A stretch of 64,000 nt of DNA from Octopus vulgaris. Its lineage: Eukaryota. Numbering within the stretch: position 1 is the first letter of the stretch; every line of letters begins with the position of its first letter. Where the stretch lies: positions 36,890,001-36,954,000 of the forward strand of contig OX597831.1 in the NCBI GenBank assembly GCA_951406725.2, in the 5' to 3' direction. This document shows positions 28,830 to 41,943 of this stretch, in pieces. The notes beneath the pieces are model-generated. The model ran no database searches. It was not told where the DNA came from and was given only the letters and a program-made list of their open reading frames with translations. The position numbers and the translations under genes were made by a program.

Positions 28830-29287
28830 GCTGACTCACAAGGACTAATTTCCCCTCGTTTCCATAGGGTGTAACTTTCCCACCTGGATTGGACGCCAGT
28901 CCCTCACAGGATCACTCATTTTTGCCAGCTGAGTGGACTGCAGCAACATGAAATGAATAGTTTCGCTCAAGAGCACAATGCATTGCCTGGTCCAGGAATC
29001 AAAACCACAATCTTACGTTCATGAGTCCAACACCCTAACCACTAAGCCACGTGCCTCCACAGACTCATAGGGCCAGTTTCCTCATTTCCATGACATATAT
29101 ATTCCTCACCTGGATGGGATGCCAGTCCATAACTGGATTACTCATTCTTGCCAGCTGAGTGGATTGGAGGAATGTGAAATGAAGTGTCTTTCTCAAGCAC
29201 ACAATACATTGCTTGGTCCAGGATTTGAAACCACAATCTTACAATCATGAGTCCAACACCCTAACCACTAAGCCATGTGCCTCCACT
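28830..29287 (-). mobile_element. tRNA-derived SINE family S4, tandem pair
   Basis: Two ~228-bp units, each with a TGGCTTAGTGG...GGTTT(C/T)(G/A)ATTCC-like head. Related copies at 16520-16800-, 21050-21381-, 26600-26750-. Confidence 0.8.
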
Positions 29288-29867
29288 GGTGAGTGGGGGC
29301 TGAATAACAACAATGCTATTTTCTACATACCATAATATTCAGTCTCAAGAATCGTGCTGTAGATAACACATGGAAATAATTTAAAAGTATATGAAAAATG
29401 CTAGAAAAGACAAGTTAATAAACAAATTAATTAATTGAAATAAATTCTAATTAGCATAGCCACATGGAAGATGTATGTCAAAACATCTTTTACTGGTAAT
29501 ATTTTGGAATCAAAGTGTAGATTCGTGTGTAAAATATAAGAAATATTTCTTATCTAAGTTGTGTAAATTTCTGAATGCCGATGCTTTCTTAATTATTATT
29601 CTAGATAGAAGTTTAAGAATTAATACTTTGTAATTTAATTAGAGACTTACCAAGCTTTGAAGATTTAGCTATATCTCTAGTACATTCTCTCACTCTGTTG
29701 CTTTCTCTCTGTTGCTCTCTCTCTCTCTCACACACACACACACATGCACGCATACAAACATATATATCTTTATATACATATATGTTTATAAAGATATTCA
29801 TAAACATATATATATATATATATGTGTGTGTATATATATGTATATATATGTATATACATATATATAT

Positions 29868-29908
<41 letters not shown>

Positions 29909-30318
29909 CATGCATACATAAATGCATATGTATGTATATATAAATGTCAGATTTCGATAATGACAACTAGTAAAAGTCCATGAGAGTCATTACAATTCTT
30001 CATGATGTCATGTTGTAACAAATTTAAAAGCAAGACAAATAATTTTCACAGATAGCTGCAGACATCTTTTAACTTTATCATTATCACAAGCATGATAACA
30101 AGAATTCTGTATGTATAGAAGACAAGACAAATTACTCTTTTGCTGAATGAAATCTAGAAGTGATGTAATCCTCGAGTAAAATCTGTTTGACAACATAACA
30201 TGGAAGTTTAGGATGAATGTTGCTGTAATTTAACCCCAGGAGACATCATCCCAGCTGGCTATATGACACGATCTGGGAAACAAGGGAATCTAGCACCCTC
30301 ACTAAACTCGAAACAATA

Positions 30319-30363
30319 TCTGTGTATCGTGATTTCCAGGCTATTTCCCTTCATCAGCACAGA
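30319..30363 (-). ncRNA. Minimal type I hammerhead ribozyme (family B)
   Basis: TCTGTG-CTGATGA-agggaaatagcctg-GAAA-TCACGA-TA-CACAGA. Confidence 0.65.
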
Positions 30364-30547
30364 ATAACTGTTTGGCTAGAGGTGGCAATGCCAAATTCCC
30401 AAAACAATATCTGTGTATTGCGATTTCCGGGTTATTTCTCTTCATCAGCAAAAAATAATTGTCCAGCTAGAGGTGGTACTGCCAAATTCCCAAAACTATA
30501 TATTTCAAATGGGAATTTGGCAGCACCACCACTAGCTGAACAATTAT

Positions 30548-30592
30548 TCTGTGCTGATGAAAGGAAATAATCTGGAAATCGTGATACACAGA
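30548..30592 (+). ncRNA. Minimal type I hammerhead ribozyme (family B)
   Basis: TCTGTG-CTGATGA-aaggaaataatctg-GAAA-TCGTGA-TA-CACAGA. Stem III consensus ATCGCGAT is palindromic; stem II is weak in this copy. Confidence 0.65.
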
Positions 30593-30629
30593 TATTTTTT
30601 TGAGCTGAGTGGCGGTGCTAGATTCCCTT

Positions 30630-30945
30630 AATAAATAAAATAACAAAATAAAAACATTGTGTACAGTGCTCAGGTGCACTACAACTCATCTAAAGTGTAC
30701 GTATAATCAGGTGTAGTTTCGACACAAAGGATGCAGTGTCATGGCAGTCAACAACTGACGCAGGCAGTTTGTTCCATGCTTCAGCAACTCTGAGCGTGAA
30801 AAAATGTTTCCGAAAGTCATGGGAGCTGTGTTGTTTTCTGACTTTGTAGGCATGTCCACGTGTGTTAGACACATGAAGATCAAAAATGTGTTCAGTGTTG
30901 TTGTTGGTGAGGTAGTTGATAACTTTGTGGGTGTTTACCAAGTCC
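30630..30945 (-). mobile_element. CR1-clade LINE 3' end (truncated)
   Basis: TRGHAYKVRKQHSSHDFRKHFFTLRVAEAWNKLP matches the CR1 ORF2 C-terminal motif; short 3' UTR and (TTTA)-type tail. Confidence 0.85.
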
Positions 30946-31518
30946 TTGTTCAAAAAAATGTAAGGACACTGATCATATCTTATAGCCAGCTGGAGACGAT
31001 GTCTCTGGGGCTAAATTACAGCAACATTCGTCCCAAAACAGGACTGCCATGTTAAGCTGGCAAACAACCTTTACTCTAAAGAAAATGTGGCTAAATATCT
31101 CTCATTGTGATATTTAAAAATAGTAATTTTCTGATGCAATTCTCCTTAAAAATATAGGAAGAGAAATTTGACTTAGAATCTGACACAGAAAAATAATAAT
31201 CTTGAGACTGATTATTATTCAGAAGAGAAAATGAGGAGAGGCATTTTCTCACTCTAGAATTACCAGAAATTCTTTTACACTCATAGTTTGAAGATTTCCT
31301 TGAAGTTTTGTGAATGTAGAACTGATACAACACAGACTCATGGAATTGCACATATTGATTACAAAATTCCTGCAAATATATTTCTAAACTTGTATCTATC
31401 AATTTTCCGATCTTGCCTCAAGCTTTCTATTAACTTCTTAATCAAAGTTTCAAACTGACTACTTTAATTAACATAAACCAGACTGAACACTTAAAGACTT
31501 TAAAAGATAATTTTCCAA

Positions 31519-31746
31519 TACAGTAATCCCTCACCATATCACAATTCATATACTGCAGTTTACTATTTCAGCTTATGTCGATTCCTCTGGGGTATTGTGT
31601 TGCATTTATAATAAAAATAAATATATACACAAATTATAAAAATAAAAATTACAGTATAGTACTGCTTCTACTTCATGAATTTTCACCTCTTGCGGGGGGG
31701 GGGGGTCTTGGAACATAACACCCATGATAGTCGAGGGATTACTATA
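31519..31746. mobile_element. pogo/Tigger-like MITE
   Basis: TA-CAGTAATCCCTC...GAGGGATTACTA-TA termini. Confidence 0.75.
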
Positions 31747-32813
31747 ATCTCAAATGCAGACTAAGAAACCCTATGATAAGTAAACAAGTTAAAGCCAGTA
31801 CTTGTGTATCATAGTAGTATCCATAATCAGAAACATCAGGTTAAGTACAAATATACCACACTGGACATGTCGTAGTGTCCACCATTAAGTGGTTAAAGGT
31901 ACAGGTGTACTAAGTTCAATAACGTGAAGAATTATATATTCGTTTCTAGAAGTATTCTTCTACAAGCTCTCAAATTTGGTACGATATACATCACTATAAA
32001 GGAAATTGTTATTAATATGATAACTTATATCAAGGTGGGGAAATGGAAGAACTTTTAGCATGCTGGACGAATTCCTTAGTGGTAGAAATGTTAGCACGCT
32101 GGGCGAAATGCTTAGCGGTATTTCGGCTGTCTTTACGTTCTGAGTTCAAATCCCGCCGAGGTCAACTTTGCCTTTCATCCTTTCGGGGTCGATAAATTAA
32201 GTACCAGTTACGCACTGGGGGTCTATGTAATCGACTTAATCCGTTTGTCTGTCCTTGTTTGTCCTCTCTGTGTTTAGCCCCTTGAGGGTAGTAAAGAAAT
32301 AGGTATTCCATTTGTCTTTACATTTCGAGTTCAAATTCCACTATGTTCAACATTGCCTTTCATTCTTTCTAGGTCAATTAAATAAATACCTGTTGAGCAC
32401 TTGGGTTGACGTAATCTACTTATCCCCTCGCCCGAACTTGCTGGCCTTGTGCTATAACCTGAAACCAATATGGTAATTTATATTAAGGTGGCACGCTGGC
32501 AGAATTTTTTGCATGCTAGACGATTTCCTTAGAGGCATTTCATCTGACTTAACATTCTGAGTTCAAATTCTACCAAAGCTGACTTTGCTTTTCATTCTGT
32601 TGGAGTTTATAAAAAAAATACCAGTTGAATCCTGGGGTTCAATGTAATCATCTTGCCCACCTCCACTAAATTGCTTGCCTGGTGCCAAAATTTGAAACCA
32701 TTTTGGTAATTTACACTAAGAAATAATTGTCATTCTATTTATGATTATTCATACTTTATTAAGAAACATGGAAATGAGCTCCTTGCTGTATTACTAGGGA
32801 GCTGTGATAGAGT

Positions 32814-33043
32814 TTGACCCTTTTGTGACTGTATCTATTTTGAGATGCTCTGTGTTTCTTTCAATTAATTTTAAATATAACAAAGAATTTAGTAGAATAA
32901 CTTAGTTATCATTAAGCTGGTGTTAGAAACATAAATTGTGACTAAGGTTTGGTGGAAGATTTTAATTCAAAACTTATGAAAACAAGATATTTGTACTGCA
33001 GAGCCAGAGGCAATTTCAGCTGGGTTAGTATCAAAAGGGTTAA
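32814..33043. mobile_element. piggyBac-like MITE
   Basis: TTGA-CCCTTTTG...CAAAAGGG-TTAA; a second copy follows at 33060-33837. Confidence 0.7.
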
Positions 33044-33059
33044 AAATACTATGGTAATT

Positions 33060-33837
33060 TTAACAATTTTGTTACCCTAATTCTTTTGAAATGCTCTGTA
33101 TTTCTTTCGACCATCGAACATTGGGCCTCACAGAGGCAATGACGAAAGACCGAGGCCTCTGGAGATATGCTGTGACTGTGAAGACCCAGCAAATAAAGTG
33201 AGTTCACGGCTGTATCCTACACTAGTTTGGCATAACCAGTCCCAGCCCATTCAAAAGTACCTTGGATCATAGGACGACCTGCTGTGCTTGAGGTGACCTA
33301 TTGAGTCAAGTACATCAACATCAAAATGAAAATCAAATGGAAATTATAGTTGTGATACCCGTGCCGGTAGCGTGTAAAAAGTACCAACTGAACATGGCCA
33401 ATGCCAGTGCTGCCTTCACTGGCTTCCGTGCCGGTGGCCTGTAAAAAGCACCAACTAATTGTGGTCATTGCTAGCCTCCTCTGGCCCCTGTGCTGGTGGC
33501 ACGTAAAAAGCATCCACTACACTCATGGAGTGGTTGGCGTTAGGAAGGGTATCCAGGTGTAGAAACACTGCCAGATTAGACTGAAGCTTGCTGCAGCCTC
33601 CTGGCTTCCCAGACCCTGTTCGAACTGTCCAACCCATGCTAGCATGGAAAACGGACGTCAAATGATGATGATGATGATGAATTTAGAAAAATAACTTAGT
33701 TATCATTAAGCTAGTGTTAGAAACATAAATTGTGACTAAGGTTTGGTGGAAGATTTTAATTCAAAACTTATGAAAACAAGGCATTTGTATTACAGAGCCA
33801 GAGGCAGCTTCAGCCAGGTTGGTATTGAAAGGGTTAA
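33060..33837. mobile_element. piggyBac-like MITE interrupted by an RTE-tailed element (33110-33680)
   Basis: 33680-33837 duplicates 32885-33043 and ends GGG-TTAA. Confidence 0.7.
33110..33680 (+). mobile_element. Non-autonomous RTE-tailed element ending CCAACCCATGCTAGCATGGAAAACGGACG...(GAT)n
   Basis: Other copies at 14015-14190+, 15718-16078+, 35790-36175+, 38110-38680-, 38800-39110+; tail-only copies at 5672-5720, 17587-17650, 40825-40875. Confidence 0.8.
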
Positions 33838-36800
33838 ATAATAATTGTCATGTAACTATGTTGAGTGTAGCAACAAATGTATTGTGTGTATCACTGAAAA
33901 GATACAAATACTGATTTCTAAGAAATATTTTAAGTAAAAGGCAAGAAAGCTTGCCCTCTTGTTTGCTTGACCAAAAATTCAAGCTGCATCATATATATTC
34001 AGCCATAATATTGCACCAGTTTTATGCTTAGATTCAGCCTGTCACACCGAACCTGCAATGCCATTTTAAAATAAACAATCACATTATCAAAATCTCAATG
34101 CTATAAAATAATGCACAGTTAATTCAAAACAATGTGAGGGAATATGCATTACATATGACAGAGTAATCTGAGTGCATGGGTGCAATCTAGATACAAACAG
34201 GTTAAGCTCTTGATTCTTTCCAGCATAGCATCCAGAAATCTTGACCTTCATATCCCAGAAATCCCAACATATAACCCCCTTTCATTTCATGACCCTGTAT
34301 ACATCTACACCCACTCCAAACCATTTCTTCATATCCCACTTCCTTCCCTTCTTTCCTTCATCTCTCTTCTTTATTTTCTCATTCTTTTCCTTTTTCTTCA
34401 CACCAGTGTCCCTTGAATCTCACTGATCCGTTCTTCTTGTAATCTTCTCTTTTACGAACTGCCTTTCTGTCTTTGTAAGAGTGGTTTCAATGACAAGAAT
34501 CTAACCTCATCTCTGATAACATGTCTTCAAAAGCTGATTCTTCCAAACTGACAAACTAATGCAAACATTATGTATCGTAGCTATTGGAACAAATCAATAA
34601 GACATTAATTTAGTACTGTACCTGCTTGAAGTTTAATTGAACTGCTTTGCAGTCTTTTAGAGTTAACATCAGAAGTTATGAGACAGAGCTCATATTTGAC
34701 AATGTATCATGATTTCTGCATCCTTACCCTATATAAACACATCAGTTCATCCAAGAGAGTTCTATACCTATATGCAGGAAACAAATCTTCTGTATACTTG
34801 TATATAATGGCTATAATTACATACAGAGCTACAATGGTCTATTCCTTATGCAAGCATATGAAATTTAAGAGTTAAAAGTAGGCCCATGCTATTTCGTGCA
34901 TGGGTTATAGATGAACCTGTAAAGCATATTTGTTATGCAGATTGAATTGGTGTTATATCTATTTTTTTAAATTTATTCTTTTGTCGTTTTTTCTTTTTAA
35001 TTTTTTTAATTTTGTGTTTTGTATTTCCAGATACTAAGATGTTACAAGTCATCTTTCTCCTTTATACTACGAATTAGTTTGAAACAATCTTTGAAAATTG
35101 AAGGAAGCTTGGGGCAAGCTGAGAATATCAAATGATTGTAGTTTCGTAAAGAACTTACATGAACTCTGAAATCAATCTTTGACAATTTCAGATGATCCAA
35201 ATATTCCTTTTATCAGTCTTTAAACCCATAAACTGCAGATAACTCTACGAACTATGAGTACAAAAAAAAAAAAAAAAAATTGCAACAACACTTGTGCAAT
35301 AAACTCGCTTCCTAACTTTATTCCTTTTTGACTCATTGATAAATCTCATTATCATTTTCCTGTTATCATTTATTTTTCTTGTATGCATCAAATTCATGCT
35401 TCCGTATTTCAGATCCAAATATTTTTCTATTTTTCTCTCCCAGTCTTGACAGCCTGGGGGTAACTTCCCTTGTCTTAAATGTTGAAAGTTCACTGTTTAG
35501 TGCCTGAGGTAATGTCAGAATGCAACAGAATTGTTGCTCCTTTAACATTACCTGAAATTATGTTGAACTTAATTCCAACATGACAGCCTTAAGAATTACA
35601 TGGCTCACATGAAAAGAAACCATAAGTGACTACCAATATTAGTATCACACAATAAAATTAAATTGAGGTTCTGCATTAAATTACTGAAAATGTTTTTGTT
35701 TATTTGTTTGTGGCTACAAATATCTATGTCTGTCTGTGAGTATATTTCTACATATGTATTTACAAACATAATACATATATACATGAACTCAAATCAAAAT
35801 CACTGACATGGCCGATGACAGTACTGTCTGATTGGCACTCATGCCAGTGGAAGGTTAAAAGCTCATCCAAGCATGATCATTGCCAGGGCCACAGATTGGC
35901 TCCCATGCTGGTGGCATGTAAATAACACCACTTAAATGTGATTGTTGCCAGCGTCGTCTTACCAGTACATGTGCCGGTGGTACATGAAAAACAACATTTG
36001 AGCATGGTCATTGCCAGTGCCACTGGACTGGCTCTCATGCAGGTTGCACATAAAAAAACTCCTTTTGAGTGTGGTCATTGCCAGAACCGCCTGCCTGGCC
36101 TTTGTGCTGGTGGCATGTAAAAGCAGCCACTACACTCTCGGAGTGGTTGGCATTAGGAAGGGCATCCAGATGTAGATGTATGTATGTTTTTCTTCTTTTT
36201 TAATGATTTAAATTCTTCCTCTGAAGAAGGAGCTCGTTTCTAACAAAGACACAAATCTTCATCGGCGGAATGAAGATGATAGAAAATGTTACATTTTAAA
36301 CCTGATAAAAGTTTTGCATAATTTTATTGTTCTGCTTACAGATTGTATTTGTGATTTGAGTGTCAGTTAGTTGATTTCACTTTTGTGAAAATCCAAACAT
36401 ATCAAAAGTCACAGCTAGGTAATGGAAGAATGTATGTAAATAAGTATGTATGATTTTTCTTGGGGTTTAATTTAAGTTTTCTCAAGAGAGTTCAAGCTGG
36501 TTGCTAACAATATGACAAGACTCTTTTTAGTCAAAAGAGCTCCTGGTGTTTCTAAATATGTGGTTGAGTCGGGGTGTTGGTTTAACTGTCAATGCATACA
36601 CTCAAGTATGTGCATCTATTCAGATATGAATCTGACATGGCGGCAAGCTGGCAGAAACGTTAGGTGAAATGCTTAGCGGTGTTTCGTCTGTCATTACATT
36701 CTGATTTCAAACTCCACCGAGGTTAACTTTGCCTTTCATCCTTTCGAGGTCGATAAATTAATTACCAGTTATGCACTGGGGTCGATGTAATCAACTTAAT

Positions 36801-37337
36801 CCGTTTGTCTGTCCTTGTTTGTCCCCTCTATGTTTAGCCCCTTGTGGGCAATAAAGAAATAAGATATAAATCTGACATGGAGAATTTTGGGGATGTCATA
36901 CAGATCTTCACTATTCCACTTATAGACTGGACTTAGAGAATCTTTTGCACTTTTTCTGTAAAACAAAGTATTTCTAGGTTTTATGCAAATTTGTTGATAT
37001 GTATGTATGCATTGTTATCTATGTACATTGTTATGTATGTATGTATGTATGTATGTATGTATGTATGTATGTGTGTGTGTATAAATATGGACAACATCAC
37101 CATATATACATATATACAAAAACAAATGGATAAGCATCTGTAGTAAACTTAAAAGAATTGTTGTAATCTTTTTAGAATACTTGAAAGATAAATATCATAT
37201 GGGATATCTTAGATATATTAAATCCTTTAGTAACATAACACAGTAACGCCATTAGTGCAATAAGGAGGAAGAAAGATAAAACGAAAAGGAGCAAAATAGA
37301 ATGAAATAAAATAAAATAAAATTAAATTTTAAAAATT

Positions 37338-37510
37338 ATAAGAGAAAATAAGGTGGGGAAATGAAATAAAATAAAAAAGGATAAGATAAAATAAGGTGGG
37401 GAAATGAAATGAAATAAAAAAGGATAAGATAAAATAAGGTGGGGAAATGAAATGAAATAAAAAAGGATAAGAGAAAATAAGGTGGAGAAATGAAATGAAA
37501 TAAAATAAAA
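37338..37510 (+). repeat. 43-bp minisatellite x4
   Basis: ATAAGAGAAAATAAGGTGGGGAAATGAAATAAAATAAAAAAGG units. Confidence 0.85.
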
Positions 37511-37683
37511 TGAAACAATATAGAAGACAATAGAGGTAGAAGAGTACAAAGTGGTTTAATATCCTGTAAGATGCTGGCAGATATGAATTTTTCTTTAAAG
37601 ATCAGAGATATAAAAGCTGTAAGGGGTTGTGATTATAAATGTTCTAAAAGTTTTAAAGATTTTACACAAGTACATTATTTGAT

Positions 37684-37729
<46 letters not shown>

Positions 37730-38022
37730 CTCTCTTTGTGGTAGCCCATGTTTCACTACCATATAACATTGCACGCAGAACTGCACTGTTAATGAGGTTG
37801 GCGCGGGTGGTCCTGTCCAACCTTCCCTTGAGCACATCCCTTATGCCATTGAACACCTTCCATCCGGCCCTTCCTCTCCGTGAGATCTCCTTTTTGATAT
37901 CCCAGCACATATTGAGATCACGTGGATGAGAAAGGCACGATCCAGAGGGGAGTGGACAGCGTGCTGTGACCAGCGGTGTCAAATGGACGACTGACGAACT
38001 GGTCGGTCAAAGTGATCAAGTG
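37730..38022. mobile_element. RTE-clade LINE, 5'-truncated with 5' inversion
   Basis: Minus segment 37730-37913 encodes EISRRGRAGWKVF...AMLYGSETWATTK. Plus segment 37915-38022 encodes WMRKARSRGEWTACC...stop followed by an AAGTGAT repeat tail. Flanked by ATATATATAATT direct repeats. Confidence 0.8.
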
Positions 38023-38110
38023 ATATATATAATTGATATCTGGGTAATGAAGAATTTTTTATAAATTTCTACTACCAGTGCCCTAGCGTGATGATGATAA
38101 TGATATATAT

Positions 38111-38148
<38 letters not shown>

Positions 38149-38681
38149 TTAACGTCTGTTGTCCATGCTGGTATAGATTGGACAGTTTGGCCAAGGTTGG
38201 TAAGCTGGAAGGTTGAACCAGACTCCAGTCTGATTTGGCATGGTTTTCTAATGCCAACCACTCCAAGAGTGTAATAAGTGCTTTTACACGTCACCAGCAT
38301 GAGTGCTATTTGTGTAAGACTGGTATCTGCCATGGCTGTGATTTTGCTTGTCTTGATCGGTCTTCTTTTCAAGCAGGATATAATGCCAAAGGTCTCAGTC
38401 ATTGCCTCTATGAGGCCCAACACTCAAAAGGAACTCAGCCACTTTGCCTCCAGGAGGTCTAATGCGTGAAAGGAATTCAGCTACTTTACCTCTGTGAGGC
38501 CCAATGCTTGAAAGGAACTCAGCCACTTGGCCTCTGTAAGGCCCAATGTGTGAAAGGAACTCAGCCACTTTGCTTCTGTGAGGCCCAATGCTCGAATGGT
38601 GCTCCTTATGTGCCACCAGCATGGGTGCCAGTTACATGATACCAACATCAGCCACGACTACAATTTTACTAGGCTTGATGG

Positions 38682-38721
<40 letters not shown>

Positions 38722-38722
38722 A

Positions 38723-38754
<32 letters not shown>

Positions 38755-39424
38755 GTATTAGCATGTCTTCTACATCCTTCATCAGTTGAGTGATCCTAGT
38801 CTTATGTGATTGTGGATGCTGGTGCTTCACAAAAAACACTCATGCCAGTGACATTTAAATGCACCCACGCTGGTGCCACATAAAAGTGCTCATGCCGTTT
38901 TCATGTAAAGGTGCCCTTGTCAAAGTTACATAAAAGTATCCAGTACACACTACAAAGCAGTTGGCATTAGGAAAGGCATCCAGCCATTAAAACGATGCAA
39001 GAACAGACACTTAGAGTGTGGGCAGCTCTCAGATTGGCTAGCTCCTGTCAAACTGTCCAGCATATGTCAGCATGAAGAACAGACAGTAAAAGATGATGAG
39101 GATGGAGATGAAGCGGATTCTGACATAGCATATATCCATTCTGCACATATATATATATGTGTATGTGTGTGTGTTTGTGTGCATGTGTATGTATGTCATT
39201 ATTCAATCTTATTTCAAGATTTCTCGCCAATAGGGAAAGAACCGGTTTCTAACCTATATCCAAGGCTCCTTAGAATTTCAACATCAACAACGGTATTTTT
39301 GCATGTATGTATGTATGTATGTATGTATGTATGTATGTATGTATGTATGTATGTATGTATGTATGTATGTATGTATGTATGTATGTATGTGTGTGTGTAT
39401 ATCTATGAATGTATGTATGTATGT

Positions 39425-39655
39425 GTAGGTTTGTAGGTTTTATGTATGTATTCTCATGCATATACTTGCACATGCTCTATATATTTCAATGATAAATTTC
39501 TGGAAAGTTTTACAAATTCTTAGAGTTTCAGTGAGGGACTGGAGCTGTAGTCTTCCAATTAGCTTTCTCCTTTCTGATTTTGAGAAGCCTAATTTCTCAA
39601 GATTGGTATTCAGGCAGTATGATACATATCCCAGGGACCCAATAATTACGGGTTT
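39425..39655 (-). mobile_element. 3' end of an RLE-type non-LTR element (R4/Dong-like)
   Basis: PVIIGSLGYV...LEKLG...LQLQSLTETLRICKTF resembles the P-hh-G-x-LG C-terminus of restriction-like-endonuclease LINEs. Both ends abut (CATA)n. Confidence 0.65.
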
Positions 39656-39696
39656 GTATGTATGTATGTATGTATGTATGTATGTATGTATGTATG

Positions 39697-39877
39697 AGGT
39701 ACATGAAGCCCAGTTACAACTACAGCCAGCTATTACCAGCAAAGGTTTTAGTTGCCAATTTTGTACAAGACATTGTAGATCTTTAGCTGAGCTAAAAAGT
39801 CACATTCGATCACAGCAGCAGTAACAGTTAAGCTTTGTGCAATGGCCATACTCGATAGCGAAGGGGCAACCATAAAG
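39697..39877 (+). mobile_element. RTE-type LINE 3' end with terminal C2H2-like finger
   Basis: FSCQFCTRHCRSLAELKSHIRS resembles the RTE C-x2-C...SH-x-R terminus; short UTR then (TATG)n. Confidence 0.65.
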
Positions 39878-40931
39878 TATGTATGTATGTATGTATGTAT
39901 GTATGTATGTATGTATGTATGTATGTATGTATGTATGAATGTATGTATTTATTTATGTCTGTATGCATTTATTTATTTGATAGCATGGCAGTGAGCTGGC
40001 AGAAATGTTAGCTCACCAGTATTTCGTCTGTCTTTATGTTCCGAGTTCAAATTCCACCAAGGTTGACTTTGCCTTTCATCTTTTTGGGATCGATAAATTG
40101 AGTACCAGTTTCATACTGGGGTCGATCTAATCTCATTGGCCCTCTCCCCAAAAATTTCGAGCCTTGTAACTAGAGTAGAAAAGATTATTTGACAGCATGA
40201 AGTATAAACCATATCCCAAAAGGTATTTCTATCTGAAAGAAATCATCACCCTTTTTGAAGAACACTTAATAAATTCATTTCATAAACTACCCACTGATAT
40301 TTGGTTCTCTTCTCCTCACATTATCTTGCTATTTAAAAATGTAGAAGATTGACAATATTCATCTTTATAGATGGCAAGAAAATCCTCTCAATATCATTTT
40401 AGATGAAAATGATCAAACTCAGCTTCTCTGCCACTTTCAGGAGATTTCCATTCATTTAAGAAAACTAGTCTTGAAAGCTGATATGAACACTTATATGCCC
40501 ATACATACATACATACATATGTGAGTATATATTTATATATATATATATATATATATATCATCATCATCATCATCACCATCATCATTTAATATCCTTTTAA
40601 ACGATATATTAGTATATATACGTATACGTAAGTATATATATATATGTATTCGCACATACACAAATATACACACACATGCATATATGTATGCGTGTGTGTA
40701 TTAGCATGTTTTTTGTCTATCTATCAATCTATCCATCTATCTATCTATATCTATACCTATATCTATGTATGTATGTATGTATGTATGTATGTATCTATCT
40801 ATCTATATATATTTATACATATATATCATCATCATCGTTTAATGTCTGTCTTCCATGCTAGCAAAGGTGGGACGGTATATATGTATATATGTGAGTGTGC
40901 ATGCGTATATGTGTGTGTGTATACAAATATG

Positions 40932-40973
<42 letters not shown>

Positions 40974-40994
40974 TACATATATATGTATATATGC

Positions 40995-41050
<56 letters not shown>

Positions 41051-41663
41051 GTTTATATATGTATGTATGTATCCTGACATCTTCAGTGATGGCTTGGTCA
41101 GTATCTTTGTCGCAGCATGCTATATCAAGGATGTTACGCCAACATAAGACGTCCAAGGCAAAAGCACTAAATGTTACCAAGTTTATTCTTACTTAATGGA
41201 ACACAACATGATGTCATTAATGGAATCTGTCGCAAAGAAAGCAAAAGATCATAAGTAGCTTATTGGAATCGTTCTTTTCAATGCTTCTGTTAATGACCTT
41301 GAATGTAGAGTTTGGCACGGGAGGAATCAATAATTTGTCGATCACTCTGATCTTATTTGAGATATATGATACACGGTATCTGTGAAGTTAAGGTCTTGCA
41401 CTGGTGACCATTTGATCTTGATTTCACACAATACTAAGACCATTATGAGTGGTTTTGAAAACACTTTTAGCCAACTTACTCACACCCTCTATGTCTCTCC
41501 CATACATGTCTCTCGCATAACAGGATAAATATTAACATATTTATCCACTCATATATAATTTTGTGTATACTTATCCATTCATGCACATACACTAACACAC
41601 ACACACACATTAATGTTTTGCTGAGGTATAGCAATACTAAATAACCTTATGTTAAGAACTCAA

Positions 41664-41878
41664 TACGAGGGGGTGCTGAAAAGTTCCTGGCTTTGGTTAA
41701 AAGAAAATACAGGAGAATCAGTTAATTATGATTTTAATAAACATATTCCCCTCTCAAATTCATATACTTATGGCAGTGGCCCTTCAGTTTCTCTAAGCCC
41801 TCTAAAAGAATTCAGAAGGTTGGGCCTTCAACCAGGCCTTTCATGATACCCTTAAACCCAGAAACTTTACAGCACCAC

Positions 41879-41883
<5 letters not shown>
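41664..41883. mobile_element. Tc1/mariner-type MITE (same family as 17018)
   Basis: TACGAGGGGGTGCTGAAAAGTTCCTGG...CCAGAAACTTTACAGCACC. Confidence 0.75.

Positions 41884-41943
<60 letters not shown>

Larger units (their letters stand above)
30172..31131. mobile_element. Family B Penelope-like pLTR structure: tandem plus inverted arms with three HHR motifs, interrupted by a CR1 fragment
   Basis: Left arm is the reverse complement of the right arm. HHRs at 30319-30363 (-), 30410-30454 (-) and 30548-30592 (+). Confidence 0.75.

Noticed and set aside
35366-35552. Possible minus-strand exon or ORFs
   Set aside because: Weak acceptor, several frames equally plausible, no homology recognised.
36225-36270. 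HHR-like remnants (also 39230-39275) with GAAAC-palindrome on the minus strand
   Set aside because: Core and stems are too degenerate to call from these copies.
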